Source: an uncultured Gemmatimonadales bacterium
GTDB lineage: Bacteria; Gemmatimonadota; Gemmatimonadetes; Gemmatimonadales; GWC2-71-9
DNA: 64,000 nt
Direction: 5' to 3'
Assembly (NCBI GenBank): GCA_963844035.1
Contig: CAWJMT010000035.1
Span: forward strand, 128,001 to 192,000
This document shows, one piece after another, positions 62,872-64,000 of the stretch. The notes beneath the pieces were generated by a model. That model ran no database searches. It had not been told where the DNA came from and was given only the letters and a program-made list of their open reading frames with translations. Within the stretch, counting starts at the first letter, position 1. Each line of letters starts with the position of its first letter. The translations under genes were made by a program, and so were the position numbers.

Positions 62872-64000
62872 CTACGCCGCGGTGGAGTTCTGGAAGACCT
62901 TGGCGTCGACGAAGAGACCGAACAACGAACCGTCGAGCTGCCCGGAGCTGACCTCTCCGCTCATGATGTCGAGCGCCCGCGTCGAGGCGACAGCGGGTTT
63001 GTACGGCCGGTCGGCCGCGGTCAACGCGTCATAGATGTCGCTGATCGTCATCATGCGGGTCTGGATCGGGATGCCGTCCGCCGTCACCCCCCGCGGATAA
63101 CCCTGCCCGTCGAGCTTTTCGTGGTGGCCGTAGGCGATGAACGGAATCTGCTGCAGCTCCCGCGTCCAGGGGATCTGCTGCAAGAACCGGTATGTGAGGT
63201 TCACGTGGCTCTCGATTTCGGTCCGCTCCCGCTCGTCCAGACTCCCCTTCGCGATCGTGAGGAACCGGATCTCTTCGCTGGTGAGATACGGGCGCCGTTG
63301 CCCTTCGATGTCGTCGTATTCGCGCTGGGCGAAGCGTGCGAGGTGCCCGGTTTGCTCCTCCCGGAGCACGGTGGGCTCGTTCGCCTGCTCGACCAGGCGC
63401 ACGAACCCCTCGAGCTCCAGGCCTTCCTGCCGGTAGGCCTCTTCGAGCTCGGCGAGGAACGCCGCGTAGCCGCTCCGGTCATGCTGCTCCAGGAACTCCG
63501 CGCGCCGCCGCCAGTAGTCGCGTTCGCCGGTGCGGCGGAGGAACGCGTAGCGCTGCTTGATCAGGGACAGGTCCTGCGGGTATAGCTTCTTCGCCTTCAC
63601 CAGCACCTGCTCCCGTACCCCGACCTTGCCGAAATCGTGCAGCAGCCCCGCGTAGCGGATCTCGCGCAATTGCTCGCGGGTGAACGTGATGTTGCGGAAC
63701 ACACCGTTGCTCGCGCGATCGACCGCCTCGGCGAGCACGACCGTCATGTGCGCCACCCGCCCGCTGTGGCCGAAGGTCGTCGGATCCCGCTGCTCGATCG
63801 CGGTGACGGCGGCGAGGACGAACCCTTCGAACAGCCGCTCGATGTCCTCGTACAGCCTGCTGTTCTCGATTGCGACCGCCGCTTGTCCGGCGAGCGCCGT
63901 GACGAGCTCGACCGTCCGTTTCGAGTAGGGCACGACCTGCTGGTCGACCACGGCGGGGCTCGAGAGGACGACATCGAACTGCCGCTTGCGATTGATCAGC
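62872..64000 (-). CDS. GAF + HD-GYP domain protein (5' end outside window)
   Basis: LAGQAAVAIEN, LLHDFGK, HHEKLDGQGYP, DRPYK. Confidence 0.92.
   Translation of the reverse strand, partial: LINRKRQFDVVLSSPAVVDQQVVPYSKRTVELVTALAGQAAVAIENSRLYEDIERLFEGFVLAAVTAIEQRDPTTFGHSGRVAHMTVVLAEAVDRASNGVFRNITFTREQLREIRYAGLLHDFGKVGVREQVLVKAKKLYPQDLSLIKQRYAFLRRTGERDYWRRRAEFLEQHDRSGYAAFLAELEEAYRQEGLELEGFVRLVEQANEPTVLREEQTGHLARFAQREYDDIEGQRRPYLTSEEIRFLTIAKGSLDERERTEIESHVNLTYRFLQQIPWTRELQQIPFIAYGHHEKLDGQGYPRGVTADGIPIQTRMMTISDIYDALTAADRPYKPAVASTRALDIMSGEVSSGQLDGSLFGLFVDAKVFQNSTAA

Overview
High-GC bacterial sequence, probably Gemmatimonadota judging from gene content and order (inference). Many single-base frameshifts also hit housekeeping genes (ispG, rimO), so they are most likely long-read errors; genes are reported as reconstructed spans. 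About 1-37.4 kb is an accessory region. It holds three FixL/NodV-type histidine kinases, one FixJ/NodW-type DNA-binding response regulator, two stand-alone receiver proteins, and about 25 mostly exported or envelope genes: outer-membrane barrels, lipoproteins, DUF3300/DUF2950/DUF4136/DUF481-type proteins, two arylsulfatases, HAD, 2H and PI-PLC-like phosphoesterases, and AspT- and AI-2E-type transporters. About 37.5-64 kb is mostly housekeeping (ispG, csaA, comM-like, larE, thpR, NtrC-family regulator, lepB, RpoD-family sigma, yajQ, rimO, hemL, lnt), interrupted by a DUF559/REP-like element and a DUF481-FGE satellite operon. The main unexplained signal is an 18-bp pseudo-palindrome (ideal ATTGSACC-WW-GGTSCAAT) found 13 times, plus 2 weaker copies, in front of most transcription units of the accessory region. 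In 7 copies a GAnnnT -10-like hexamer follows exactly 22 nt downstream, often with a leaderless start codon. I read this as a self-contained regulon probably run by the local multi-kinase/FixJ-type network; that assignment is inference. A candidate anti-Shine-Dalgarno sRNA and a duplicated promoter-RBS-signal-peptide module also lie within it.
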